A program made the position numbers and the translations under genes. 64,000 bases of DNA from Candidatus Kaiserbacteria bacterium (lineage in GTDB: Bacteria > Patescibacteriota > Minisyncoccia > Phycocordibacterales > UBA918): assembly GCA_031430855.1 (NCBI GenBank), contig JANPCG010000006.1:2531-66530 (forward strand). Direction: 5' to 3'. How positions within the stretch are numbered: the stretch's first letter is position 1; each line of letters starts with the position of its first letter. This document shows positions 27,991-37,448 of this stretch, one piece after another. The notes beneath the pieces were generated by a model, which made no database searches, was not told where the DNA came from, and saw nothing but the letters and a program-made list of their open reading frames with translations.

Positions 27991-28962
27991 TTGAACACTA
28001 TGTTAGAAACAAATGTAACTCTACCGTCAAAGCCACGCGTTGTATCCGAAGCTGAATTCTCGGGGATTTATGAAATTGACGGACTCTACCCAGGCTACGG
28101 ACACACCCTCGGAAACTCTCTCCGTCGCATCATCCTTGCCTCACTACCAGGAGCTACGGTAACCCAAGTCAAAATCGAAGGTGTCCAACACGAGTTCTCT
28201 ACCATGGCTGGAATGAATGAGGATGTGATTACGCTTCTCTTGAACCTCAAGCGCGTTCGCTTCATGCTTCATGGCGACGAAGCGATGGTTGTCAAACTCA
28301 AGAAGAGTGGCCCAGGAATGGTAACCGCTTCAGACATTACCTGCCCAACCCAAGTTGAAGTCCTAAATCCAACCCAGCACATTGCTGAATTAACAGCGAA
28401 GGGTTCGGCCCTTGATATGGAAATCACTATTGAACGAGGTCTCGGCTACGTTCCGCGCGAAATCCACCAGCGAGACAAGGTAGAAATTGGAACCATTGCC
28501 CTCGATGCTGTCTTTACGCCTATCCGTCGCGCAAACTACGAAGTAGAGAACATGCGTGTTGGTGACCGAACTGACTATAACCGTCTTCGTATTTCAATTG
28601 AAACTGACGGAACGATTACTCCGCGCCAAGCGCTCGAGAAATCAATTGAAATAATGATTCACCAATTGAAGGCAATCATTGGTTTCCAAGACCAATCAGC
28701 TCAAAGTGCTGTTGTTGAGAACACACTTCCAGCTGCCCTAGAAGTGACTGCCGTAGATACAGAGATGCTTAAGACTCGAATCGAGACCCTTGAACTCTCA
28801 AGCCGAACACTCGCTGCACTCGAGACTGCTTCAATCCGAACGGTAGGGGGACTTGTGCGAAAGACAAAAGATGATATCCTAGCCCTCGATGGGATTGGAC
28901 CAAAAGGAGTTGAAGAGATTCTTAGTCTCCTCGAATCTATGGGTCTCTCACTCGGAGCATAA
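27991..28962 (+). CDS. rpoA: DNA-directed RNA polymerase alpha subunit
   Basis: Alpha-NTD dimerisation and alpha-CTD. Confidence 0.95.
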   Translation: MNTMLETNVTLPSKPRVVSEAEFSGIYEIDGLYPGYGHTLGNSLRRIILASLPGATVTQVKIEGVQHEFSTMAGMNEDVITLLLNLKRVRFMLHGDEAMVVKLKKSGPGMVTASDITCPTQVEVLNPTQHIAELTAKGSALDMEITIERGLGYVPREIHQRDKVEIGTIALDAVFTPIRRANYEVENMRVGDRTDYNRLRISIETDGTITPRQALEKSIEIMIHQLKAIIGFQDQSAQSAVVENTLPAALEVTAVDTEMLKTRIETLELSSRTLAALETASIRTVGGLVRKTKDDILALDGIGPKGVEEILSLLESMGLSLGA

Positions 28963-28967
28963 ATTAT

Positions 28968-29324
28968 ATGATACACGGAAATAAAAACCGAACATTTGGA
29001 CGCAGCCGCTCTCAGCGGACTGCACTTGTTCGAGGTCTCGCAGTCTCACTCATTGAGAACGGGAAAATCAAAACCACTGAAGCAAAGGCTAAGGAACTTC
29101 GCCCATTCATTGAGCGTTTAGTTTCTCACGGCAAAAAGAATACCGTGGCTGCTCGCCGCATTGTGGCGAGTCGACTTGGTGAACCTGCAGCTGATATTAT
29201 TAAAAAAGTGTTCGAAGAAATTGCGCCTAAGTTTGCCACTCGCGCCGGTGGTTACACCCGTGTAATCAAAATGGGGCGAACGCCAGCTGGTCGTGATGAA
29301 GCAGTCATCGAATTTGTTGAATAA
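28968..29324 (+). CDS. rplQ: Ribosomal protein L17
   Basis: Typical L17. Confidence 0.95.
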   Translation: MIHGNKNRTFGRSRSQRTALVRGLAVSLIENGKIKTTEAKAKELRPFIERLVSHGKKNTVAARRIVASRLGEPAADIIKKVFEEIAPKFATRAGGYTRVIKMGRTPAGRDEAVIEFVE

Positions 29325-29332
29325 ATTATTAT

Positions 29333-29695
29333 ATGGAAAAGAACAACCAAAACCGCGTTCACACGATTGACGCAGCCGGAAAGCGGCTCGGCATCGTTGC
29401 GACCGAAGCGGCTCACGTTCTCCTTGGTAAGGATCAGCCAGATTTTGTAAAGAATCTTGTTGCTCCAGTTACCGTAGAGATCACCAACGTGAGTAAGCTC
29501 GATATTCCCGAGAGTAAAAAGAAGGAAATTTATCAGTCGTACTCAGGATGGCCGGGAGGACGAAAGGAAGAGACGCTTGAGCACCTTGGAAAGCGTTTAG
29601 GATATGCCGAGGTCGTACACCGTACGATTGCTGGAATGCTCGCTAACACCAAGCTCAAGAAGCCAATGCTTAAGAACCTCGTAATTACTGAATAA
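29333..29695 (+). CDS. rplM: Ribosomal protein L13
   Basis: Typical L13. Confidence 0.9.
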   Translation: MEKNNQNRVHTIDAAGKRLGIVATEAAHVLLGKDQPDFVKNLVAPVTVEITNVSKLDIPESKKKEIYQSYSGWPGGRKEETLEHLGKRLGYAEVVHRTIAGMLANTKLKKPMLKNLVITE

Positions 29696-29696
29696 T

Positions 29697-30107
29697 ATGG
29701 CAACAAAAACACCTGGACGCTATATTGAAGCAATTGGTCGCCGTAAAACAGCCACTGCACGAGTTCGTCTGACACCAGCCTCAGAAACGACTATCATGGT
29801 CAACGATAAGAAACTCGAAGAATACTTTCCACACCTCGCCCTTCATAAAGATGTACACTCAGTGCTTGATACGAAAGATGCCGGTATCGAAACCTACACC
29901 ATTACCGCCAAAGTTCTCGGTGGAGGACTCTCTTCCCAAGCCGAAGCAATCCGTCTCGGTATTGCCCGCGCACTCGTAAAGGAGAAAGAGGCTCGCCGCG
30001 TAACCCTAAAGAAAGCGGGGTTCCTCAAACGAGATCCACGCTCAGTAGAACGTAAGAAGTTTGGATTACTGAAAGCTCGCAAGCGACCTGCCTGGTCAAA
30101 GCGATAG
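29697..30107 (+). CDS. rpsI: Ribosomal protein S9
   Basis: C-terminal GGGLSSQAEAIRLGIARAL...KKFGLLKARKRPAWSKR. Confidence 0.95.
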   Translation: MATKTPGRYIEAIGRRKTATARVRLTPASETTIMVNDKKLEEYFPHLALHKDVHSVLDTKDAGIETYTITAKVLGGGLSSQAEAIRLGIARALVKEKEARRVTLKKAGFLKRDPRSVERKKFGLLKARKRPAWSKR

Positions 30108-30135
30108 TAGTTGGCGCATACCTTTGTCGCACTAC

Positions 30136-30180
30136 GAAAAAGACTCTTCCTGGACATTTGTCCCGGTCGAGTCTTTTTTC
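30136..30180 (+). terminator. intrinsic terminator (aaagactc...gagtcttttttc)
   Basis: Hairpin plus T6 after rpsI. Confidence 0.6.
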
Positions 30181-30184
30181 TTGT

Positions 30185-30550
30185 TTCTTACAGAAACTGT
30201 CCACTCATTGGTTAGTTTATTTCGCTTCACTCATAAACTAACACAATGAGTCTTGCGAAGTGACATTAGGTCACTTCTCACTCCTTGCTCTGCATCTTAT
30301 TTGTAACGCTTTGAAACCGCAGCGATACGAATCGCCCCTTTCCTGGGGCGATGAGGCAGCGAGGTGGGCCCGCGAGTACTTACTAGAATAAGAGTGCAGC
30401 GAATTATTATAGTTAGTAACTCGTGGGGAAGCGATAAATTTTGCCTTACTCTCCATTCCATTTATATCACTTCCTACTTACGCGATAAAAAACTCCTTTA
30501 GGATTTTTTTGTAACATTTTGAATATAAAATTTTCTTTTCTCATTACAAG
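30185..30550. ncRNA. candidate structured non-coding RNA region (class undetermined)
   Basis: About 370 nt with no credible ORF between two terminators. Multiple GC stems, e.g. gaagtgac-atta-gtcacttc, cgcccc-tttcct-ggggcg, gcgat-acga-atcgc. Confidence 0.25.
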
Positions 30551-30554
30551 AAAA

Positions 30555-30583
30555 AGGCCCCTCCAATCATGGAGGGGCCTACT
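30555..30583 (-). terminator. intrinsic terminator of the aspartokinase gene (minus strand: aggcccctcc-atgatt-ggaggggcct plus tttttc)
   Basis: Seen directly. Confidence 0.6.
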
Positions 30584-30584
30584 C

Positions 30585-31358
30585 TTATGTTCTCGTTGCT
30601 CCAATAAACGTACTTTGTGAATTGGGAGCAAAAGTGTTTCGGATCTGTACCCGGACACCAGCCTGGGACACAGGAGCTATGGCCTCAGGATGAAAGACTG
30701 TCGCTCCGGTCAGAGACAACATTTTTGCTTCACGATAGGTGAGATAGGGAAGATGTCTGGCTTCTCTAAATTTGCGCGGGTCTGCGGTATACACACCCGA
30801 AACATCAGTCCAGTTTTCGTAGAGATCTGCTCCTATCTGTGCTGCCACAAGTGCACCAGAGAGGTCAGAGCCACCTCGAGGAAATAATTCAATCCCACCT
30901 GCATAAGCAGCGCCATAGAATCCCGGAATCACCACCCGTTCATGAGGCTTCCATACGCAAGATACAGCCATTACTGCTCCATATTGATTGAGCGTAAAAA
31001 CCCGTCGTGCATCCACAAACTTCCAATCGAGAAACTTGGCGAGGATATACGCACTCATATACTCACCGAATGCAACACGCGACTTTACTGACGAGCGGGA
31101 AATCCATGAGAGCATACCTGATAACTCATTTGTAGAGACACCAAGATCAGCCATGATCTCCTCGAAGCGCTTACCTACTGCCTCAAGATCATTAATCAAA
31201 AGCAGGTCAGTAACTTTGATTGGATACCCTTCAGACACCCCAGGCGCTGAAACAACCGCCACTTTACGACGTGAGTCCTGCAGCAGAATATCTGCTACAA
31301 GCCTGATTGATTTGGCGTCAGCCATTGATGTTCCGCCAAATTTTGTCACAATCGTCAT
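30585..31358 (-). CDS. ask: Aspartokinase catalytic domain only (no ACT regulatory domains)
   Basis: IVTKFGGTSMADAKSI, AVVSAPG and GGSDLSGALVAAQIGADLYENWTDVSGVYTADPR align with AK catalytic motifs. Start ATG 31358 has an agggag SD. The extra 29 codons of the ORF-track start (31445) come from the leader hairpin. Confidence 0.8.
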   Translation of the reverse strand: MTIVTKFGGTSMADAKSIRLVADILLQDSRRKVAVVSAPGVSEGYPIKVTDLLLINDLEAVGKRFEEIMADLGVSTNELSGMLSWISRSSVKSRVAFGEYMSAYILAKFLDWKFVDARRVFTLNQYGAVMAVSCVWKPHERVVIPGFYGAAYAGGIELFPRGGSDLSGALVAAQIGADLYENWTDVSGVYTADPRKFREARHLPYLTYREAKMLSLTGATVFHPEAIAPVSQAGVRVQIRNTFAPNSQSTFIGATRT

Positions 31359-31376
31359 CTTCGTCTCCCTGAAAAA

Positions 31377-31413
31377 GAACAAACCACCAGCCTTCTTGGC
31401 TGGTGGTTTGTTC
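31377..31413 (-). terminator. 16-bp perfect hairpin plus UUUUUC located 18 nt upstream of the ask start codon (leader attenuator)
   Basis: gaacaaaccaccagcc-ttctt-ggctggtggtttgttc. An upstream near-copy of one arm lies at 31439-31454. Confidence 0.6.
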
Positions 31414-31580
31414 TTTGTTTTGACACTAGTATGACAACGAACCAAACACCAGACAAGAAAGCCCGGTTTGCTTGGTAGTAGTTGTCATTACAAAATACAT
31501 GAAATATGTATAACAAACGAATTCGTAGTTGTAAAGTATTTACACGAATAAGCACGACGAGCGGATTTAATCTGGATTTT

Positions 31581-31609
31581 GACACGACCTCCTTTTGCAG
31601 TTATAATGG
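31581..31609 (+). promoter_or_regulatory. consensus sigma-70 promoter TTGACA-17-TATAAT for grpE-dnaK-dnaJ
   Basis: Perfect -35 and -10 hexamers; the -10 ends 6 nt before the grpE ATG. Confidence 0.6.
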
Positions 31610-31615
31610 TCTGGT

Positions 31616-32215
31616 ATGGTGAATATAAACAACGAAGACGAGACAAATGAAGATATTGAAACCATTGATGACGATACTGATACGACTGAAATGGAATTAG
31701 AAGACGCCGAAGAAATTACTGGTGATAAATTAAAATCCCTCCGCAGTAAACTTAAAGAAGCGGAAACAAAAGCCCGTGACCTCCACGAAGAATTGCAGCG
31801 GAACAAAGCGGACTTTTTAAACGCCCGCAAACGACTTGAGGAAGAGCGTCTCCGCGATCGAGAACGAGCAGCCGTTATGCACGTTGAAAAACTGCTACCA
31901 CTTTGTGATAGTTTCTTTCTCGCCATGCAGGATAAAAATGCTATCGATAGCAGTGATCCGAAGTGGCGACGAGGTATTGAAGGAACATACGCACAATTAC
32001 GGGGCATCATGGATTCGTATGGCATTACTGCCTTTGACCCCACTGGCGAGGAATTTGACCCAACACGACACGAAGCTCTTACGATGATACCAGTGAGCGA
32101 TGAGAGTAATCATAATCGGATTATATCGGTTATTCAGCAGGGCTATACACAGAAACGCGGTGACGTGATTGAACTAATCAGACCAGCTCGAGTGACCGTT
32201 GGAGAACTTGGATAA
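31616..32215 (+). CDS. grpE: Nucleotide exchange factor GrpE
   Basis: GrpE coiled coil plus C-terminal beta domain ([25 protein letters not shown]). Confidence 0.9.
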   Translation: MVNINNEDETNEDIETIDDDTDTTEMELEDAEEITGDKLKSLRSKLKEAETKARDLHEELQRNKADFLNARKRLEEERLRDRERAAVMHVEKLLPLCDSFFLAMQDKNAIDSSDPKWRRGIEGTYAQLRGIMDSYGITAFDPTGEEFDPTRHEALTMIPVSDESNHNRIISVIQQGYTQKRGDVIELIRPARVTVGELG

Positions 32216-32240
32216 TATTACTGATAATAACGAGAACATT

Positions 32241-34133
32241 ATGGCAAAAATTTTAGGAATAGATCTTGGAACTACTAACTCAGCCATGGCTATTATTGAA
32301 GCCGGCGAGCCAGTAATTATTGAAAATATCGAAGGTGTCCGTACGACACCATCAATTGTAGCGATTTCAAAAACCGGCGAGAGACTCGTCGGTCAAATCG
32401 CAAAACGACAAGCAGTGACGAACCCTACCAATACCATCTACGGTATTAAGCGCTTTATGGGTCATGAGTATGACGAGGACGTCGTTCAAAAAGACAAAGC
32501 AATTGTACCGTACGAAATTAAAAAAGGTGCAGACGGTGGAGCGGTTGTTATCATGGGAGATAAAGAGTACCGTCCAGAAGAAGTATCAGCGATGATACTT
32601 TCTAAACTAAAGGCAGACGCTGAAGCCAAAACTGGCGAGAAAATTACCGAAGCAGTCATCACGGTACCGGCGTACTTTAATGACTCACAGCGTAAGGCGA
32701 CACAGGATGCTGGCAAAATTGCCGGACTCAATGTTCGCCGCATCATTAATGAACCAACTGCCGCAGCTCTTGCGTACGGATTTAATAAAAAGAAAGACGA
32801 GAAGATTGTGGTGTACGACTTCGGTGGAGGAACGTTTGACGTATCAGTGCTCGAAGTAGGGGATGATGTGATTGAAGTGCAATCAAGTGACGGAGACGCG
32901 CACATGGGCGGTCGTGATATCGACCAGGCGATTATCCGTCACCTCATTGCGGCCTTTAAAGCCTCAGACGCGATTGACCTCAGCAAAGACAAACTTGCGC
33001 TCCAGCGTCTTGACGAAGCGGCTGAAAAAGCAAAACTCGAACTCTCAACCACACCGGAAACAGAAATTAACATTCCGTTTATTTCTCAGGGCAGTGATGG
33101 ACCAGTACACATGGCAGTGAAACTCACCCGGGCAAAGCTCGAAGAGCTCGCGCATGAGTTTATCGACAAATCAATTGAGATCACCAAGCGCGCCATGGAA
33201 GCCTCAGGCCTCAAAATTGCGGATATCGATGAGATCATCATGGTTGGTGGCCAAACCCGTATGCCAGCCATTCAGGCAGCGGTAAAGGCATTGTTTAACA
33301 AAGAACCAAACCTCACCATTAACCCGGATGAGGTAGTGGCACTCGGTGCCGCGATTCAGGCCGGTATCTTCCAAGGTGACGTACAGGACATTACCTTGGT
33401 AGACGTGATTCCACTCTCTCTCAGTATCGAAACGATGGGTGGTGTCGCGACAAAACTCATCGAAAAGAATACCCACATTCCAACCAAAAAATCCCAGATA
33501 TTCTCAACCGCTGCTGACAACCAAACCTCAACCGAAATTCACATTGCCCAAGGAGAACGACCAATGGCGACTGATAACAAGTCCCTCGGTAAGTTTGTGC
33601 TTGACGGCATTCCACCAGCACCACGCGGAGTACCACAAGTAGAGGTAACCTTTGATGTTGATAGTAATGGTGTCCTTAAAGTAACCGCCAAAGATAAATC
33701 AACCGGAAAAGAACAATCGATCCGTATTGAAGCCTCTTCAGGCCTTACTGAAGCCGACATAGAGCGTATGCAAAAAGAAGCTGAGGAACACGCGGGCGAA
33801 GACGCCAAGAAGAAAGAATTGATTGAGGCCCGAAACCTCGCAGAACAAATGGTCTACACCGCCGAGAAGGCACTCAAAGATCACGCCGAAAAGGTACCGG
33901 CGGAAATTAAGACTGATGTTGAAGCAAAGATTACTGCCGTAAACGAAGTAAAAGGGAAAGACGATAAGGGAGCAATTGAAACAGCTGCCTCAGCTCTCTC
34001 TGACGCGATGCAAAAGATTGGTGAAGCGATGGCGAAAGAACAACCGGCAGACACTTCAACTCCAACCAGTGACGCCACACCGGAAGGAAATGTCCGAGAC
34101 GCTGACGTGACCGGAACTGACGAAACCAAGTAA
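32241..34133 (+). CDS. dnaK: Chaperone DnaK (Hsp70)
   Basis: [19 protein letters not shown] and other Hsp70 signatures. Confidence 0.97.
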   Translation: MAKILGIDLGTTNSAMAIIEAGEPVIIENIEGVRTTPSIVAISKTGERLVGQIAKRQAVTNPTNTIYGIKRFMGHEYDEDVVQKDKAIVPYEIKKGADGGAVVIMGDKEYRPEEVSAMILSKLKADAEAKTGEKITEAVITVPAYFNDSQRKATQDAGKIAGLNVRRIINEPTAAALAYGFNKKKDEKIVVYDFGGGTFDVSVLEVGDDVIEVQSSDGDAHMGGRDIDQAIIRHLIAAFKASDAIDLSKDKLALQRLDEAAEKAKLELSTTPETEINIPFISQGSDGPVHMAVKLTRAKLEELAHEFIDKSIEITKRAMEASGLKIADIDEIIMVGGQTRMPAIQAAVKALFNKEPNLTINPDEVVALGAAIQAGIFQGDVQDITLVDVIPLSLSIETMGGVATKLIEKNTHIPTKKSQIFSTAADNQTSTEIHIAQGERPMATDNKSLGKFVLDGIPPAPRGVPQVEVTFDVDSNGVLKVTAKDKSTGKEQSIRIEASSGLTEADIERMQKEAEEHAGEDAKKKELIEARNLAEQMVYTAEKALKDHAEKVPAEIKTDVEAKITAVNEVKGKDDKGAIETAASALSDAMQKIGEAMAKEQPADTSTPTSDATPEGNVRDADVTGTDETK

Positions 34134-34237
34134 CCTACGTGTAGTTGTCGCGGCTGCAAACTCGTTTTGCAGCCGACCCAACTCTGTGTAACACTACAAA
34201 AAAGAGTCATTATTGGTTGGTATAACAGAACAACGTT

Positions 34238-35299
34238 ATGAAAGACTATTACCAAATCTTAGGACTACAAAAAGGAGCGTCGCGTGACGAAGTAAAGAAG
34301 GCGTTCCGTAAACTCTCGGCCCAATTCCACCCTGATAAAAAAACGGGCGACGAAGCCAAATACAAAGAAATTACTGAAGCCTACGCTACGTTAGGTGACG
34401 AGAAGAAAAAGGCTGAGTACGATACGTATGGTCATTCATTTGCCGGTGGCCAGCCAGGTGGCGCTGGTGGATTTAACTGGGCTGATTTTGCGCAAGGTGG
34501 CGGTAACGGACAAGGGTTTGAATTTGATATTAGTGATATCTTTGAAAACTTTGGCTTTGGTGGTAATAAAAAATCATCACGTGGTCGCGACATCTCAATT
34601 GATATTAATCTCAACTTTGAGGAATCAGTCTTTGGTGTTACCCGCAAAGTTCTCCTTACCAAAAACAGTACCTGTGAGGCATGTACTGGTACTGGAGCAA
34701 AGAAGGGAACTGAAATGACCACCTGCACTACCTGCAATGGTGCAGGGAAGATTCACGAGACTCGTCAGAGCATCATGGGCAGTTTCTCAACCGTGCGTGA
34801 ATGTAGCACCTGTAACGGCTTAGGTAAAGTACCAAAGGAGCGATGCGGTGCATGTGCCGGCGCTGGAGTCACTCGACGTCAAGAAGAAATCGAGATTAAG
34901 GTCCCAGCCGGAATTCAAAACGGGGAAGTCATTCGCATGACTGGCCGCGGGGAGGCGATGCCACACGGACAGCCGGGTGACCTCTACATTAAAATCCACG
35001 CCGAAGGTCACAAAACCATCAAGCGTGATGGCAGCACTCTCTACAGTAAACTTCCAATTAAATTGACTGACGCCCTCTTGGGTGGTAGTTACCGCATCGA
35101 GACCCTCGATGGTCACGTCGACATTAATATCCCCGCTGGTATAACGCACGGCGAGCTGTTGCGTATCAAAAATAAAGGCGTCCCGGTCGACGGCAATCGT
35201 CGCGGTGACTTCATGGTCCAAATCTCCATTGAAATTCCAAAGTCTCTCTCCCGCAAAGCCAAAAAGATGATCGAAGACCTCCGCGCCGAAGGTATCTAA
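34238..35299 (+). CDS. dnaJ: Chaperone DnaJ
   Basis: J-domain with HPD; G/F region; four CxxCxGxG repeats. Confidence 0.95.
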   Translation: MKDYYQILGLQKGASRDEVKKAFRKLSAQFHPDKKTGDEAKYKEITEAYATLGDEKKKAEYDTYGHSFAGGQPGGAGGFNWADFAQGGGNGQGFEFDISDIFENFGFGGNKKSSRGRDISIDINLNFEESVFGVTRKVLLTKNSTCEACTGTGAKKGTEMTTCTTCNGAGKIHETRQSIMGSFSTVRECSTCNGLGKVPKERCGACAGAGVTRRQEEIEIKVPAGIQNGEVIRMTGRGEAMPHGQPGDLYIKIHAEGHKTIKRDGSTLYSKLPIKLTDALLGGSYRIETLDGHVDINIPAGITHGELLRIKNKGVPVDGNRRGDFMVQISIEIPKSLSRKAKKMIEDLRAEGI

Positions 35300-35304
35300 A
35301 TAGC

Positions 35305-35820
35305 ATGAAGCTACTTACTGAGCTTAGCGAGAAGTCATTAGGAATAAATCCTGAACAAAAAATAGTTGGCGAAACCTTTAAGTTGCGTAAAAGTGCCCGA
35401 GCCATTGTTATCAATCACGATGGCTTAATGGCCGTTCAGCACATACAAAAATATAATTATCACAAGCTCCCAGGCGGAACCATGGAAGAGGGAGAAGTGA
35501 TCGAAGAAACACTCCGAAGAGAAATCAGAGAAGAAATAGGATGTGAAATTGATTCAATAAAACCAGTAGGGATGATTATCGAGTATCAAAACGAATTAAT
35601 TCAAATTTCATATTGTTTTAGTGCCAATATGGCTAGTGAAATTAGTGAACAGAATTTTGATGAAGCTGAGATTGAAAACGACCAACGGACGATCTGGCTT
35701 AATCCAACCGACTGCCTCGACACTTTCAAACATGATTTAACTACAAAGAGAGAGGGTGATTTTATTATAGCGAGAGAAATTGCCTTCTTGTCCGAATTTT
35801 TAAATTTACAAAACAGTTAA
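35305..35820 (+). CDS. NUDIX hydrolase
   Basis: Nudix box GGTMEEGEVIEETLRREIREEIG. Confidence 0.85.
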   Translation: MKLLTELSEKSLGINPEQKIVGETFKLRKSARAIVINHDGLMAVQHIQKYNYHKLPGGTMEEGEVIEETLRREIREEIGCEIDSIKPVGMIIEYQNELIQISYCFSANMASEISEQNFDEAEIENDQRTIWLNPTDCLDTFKHDLTTKREGDFIIAREIAFLSEFLNLQNS

Positions 35821-35845
35821 CTTGTATTTCATCTAATAACCGAAA

Positions 35846-35878
35846 AGGGTGCTCTCACGAGCACCCCCTGTTCTTTTC
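35846..35878. terminator. hairpin gggtgctc-tcac-gagcaccc plus T-rich tract
   Basis: After the stop of the Nudix gene. Confidence 0.5.
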
Positions 35879-36025
35879 GAAAATTGCCAGCACCAAGATC
35901 ACGAGTGCCAGCAACACGTAGGGCAAGACTGGCCACCAAACACCGATCAGAGTTGCACGCACTGCACAGATGTACAGAAGCATGAGTGACAATAAGCCGT
36001 AGCAAATTCGCTGTACGTTCGTCAT
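35855..36025 (-). CDS. possible 56-aa hydrophobic small protein
   Basis: ORF below the track threshold; weak SD; its stop overlaps the terminator hairpin. Confidence 0.2.
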   Translation of the reverse strand: MTNVQRICYGLLSLMLLYICAVRATLIGVWWPVLPYVLLALVILVLAIFEKNRGCS

Positions 36026-36083
36026 CTTCGGTCCTTTCGCTAAATCTGTTTAAACCCTATCAAATCTGAGCTACAATGCAACT

Positions 36084-36503
36084 ATGCCCCAACAAAACAC
36101 TCGTTTTGACTTTGGTAGCTCGAGGACTCCCTCTGAGCTGTTTACCCTCTATGAGTATATTATCGAGGACCGTGGGAGTAAATATTCCGTCAGCATGGGT
36201 CATGTCACCGGCCGTGACGATATCAAAACATTTCTAAAAACCTTGAAATCTAAAAAGCACTACCAGAAGGCTGACCATCACAGCTGGGCCGCGAGGCTAC
36301 GTCATGAGGGCTCAATTTTTGAAACGAAAAATGATGACGGCGAGACTGGAGCAGGAATGGTGATTCTTCGCTTGATGCAGGCTGCTGACGTCGCTGATTG
36401 TATCGTCGCGGTGACACGCTGGTTCGGCGGAGTAAAGTTAATGGGAGACAGATTTAAACACATCCAGGACAGTACAAAATATGCTTTGGATAAATTATTA
36501 TAG
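36084..36503 (+). CDS. IMPACT/YigZ family protein (UPF0029)
   Basis: ...DDGETGAGMVILRL...VAVTRWFGGVKLMGD matches the YigZ N-terminal domain. Confidence 0.8.
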   Translation: MPQQNTRFDFGSSRTPSELFTLYEYIIEDRGSKYSVSMGHVTGRDDIKTFLKTLKSKKHYQKADHHSWAARLRHEGSIFETKNDDGETGAGMVILRLMQAADVADCIVAVTRWFGGVKLMGDRFKHIQDSTKYALDKLL

Positions 36504-36629
36504 CCGAACCAGTGGAGCTGATGAGGGGTGAGAAGCGAAAACTTGGAGCTTCGCAAGAATAAATGGGAGACCGTTATAAACATATCCAAGATGCCACCCG
36601 CCACGCCCTCGAGCTCCGCACCTAATCTC

Positions 36630-37350
36630 CTAAACTTAGGGGTGTCACCCCTAAGTTTATTCAAAAAGGATTTTATCTTGTTTGATTGCTTTTCTCTTCT
36701 CATAAATACTTTTTGCCAAAATGACACTTTCATCAAAGTTATATTGTGTATCAAGCTGCATGTTTATTATTTTACTTTTGGCTAATCCTTGATAGTGGAG
36801 TGAACTTGAATGACAAATTTCACGCTCAGCTATAAGATTGTGTACAAATTGATTTTCATTTACATAGACGAATAAATATTGATATTGTTCCTGTCTCTCA
36901 ATATGAACTCTTTTAAATGATCCTTGAAAAAGTGCCCCCGAACGTTCATATTTTTGATTAAAATAATTTGCATACCCACCACCAACTCTGCGCATAAATT
37001 CACTGATACCTGATTCAGTTACGGATTTTATAATTAAATGAAAATGATTAGGAAGAAGTGCATATGCTTGAATATCTACTAATCGATTTCCCTGGAATGA
37101 ATCTGTTGAATTATTTACTTTAGTGCGTACAAAATCAAAATTTACTATAGCCTCTTCTGAATTAAATAAGTTAAGTGATTGGTAAAAACGTAAGTAATCA
37201 CTTTTATCAAGAAAAATATCCCGTTTATCGACTCCGCGGTTAAACACATGATATGTCTCGCCTTCAATAATTGGAACGATTTTTTGTGGCATATAATTTT
37301 TATTCTGTATTAATTATACAAAACTTAGGGGTGTCACCCCTAAGTTTTCA
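36630..37350 (-). mobile_element. Minimal IS200/IS605-type or RAYT-like element: HUH Y1 transposase gene bounded by identical 27-bp palindromes
   Basis: aaacttaggggtgtcacccctaagttt at 36632-36658 and again at 37321-37347; lower GC than the flanks. Confidence 0.75.
36657..37292 (-). CDS. tnpA: IS200-like / REP-associated tyrosine (Y1, HUH) transposase
   Basis: HVFNRG, HUH motif LPNHFHLII and GALFQGSFK typical of IS200/IS605 TnpA and RAYT. Confidence 0.85.
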   Translation of the reverse strand: MPQKIVPIIEGETYHVFNRGVDKRDIFLDKSDYLRFYQSLNLFNSEEAIVNFDFVRTKVNNSTDSFQGNRLVDIQAYALLPNHFHLIIKSVTESGISEFMRRVGGGYANYFNQKYERSGALFQGSFKRVHIERQEQYQYLFVYVNENQFVHNLIAEREICHSSSLHYQGLAKSKIINMQLDTQYNFDESVILAKSIYEKRKAIKQDKILFE

Positions 37351-37448
37351 ACTGTAATTCTGTAGCAAACACAGGTAGTGGGGGACAAGGTCATGTATGT
37401 AGACGTATAATAGAGCTACGACATTCGTCGGACACAGTACCCTCCGCT

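Noticed and set aside
30185-30550. tmRNA, RNase P RNA or SRP RNA in the rpsI-ask spacer
   Set aside because: Could not find RNase P CR-I (GGAAAGUCCGGGCU) or CR-V (ACAGAANCCGGCUUA), tRNA-like acceptor/T-arm plus an ...LAA* tag frame, or SRP domain IV on either strand. Kept only as an unclassified ncRNA candidate.
31359-31445. Longer aspartokinase start at 31445 (ORF track)
   Set aside because: The extra 29 codons (…KNKPPAKKAGGLFFF…) are a translation of the palindromic leader hairpin. AK homology and a good SD begin at ATG 31358.
31440-31620. CIRCE (HrcA) element upstream of grpE-dnaK-dnaJ
   Set aside because: No TTAGCACTC-N9-GAGTGCTAA-like inverted repeat present; only the consensus sigma-70 promoter.
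36302-36785. ORFs 36302-36754 (minus strand) and 36528-36785 (plus strand) overlapping the IS end and the IMPACT gene
   Set aside because: Overlap better-supported genes and the terminal palindrome; no motifs.
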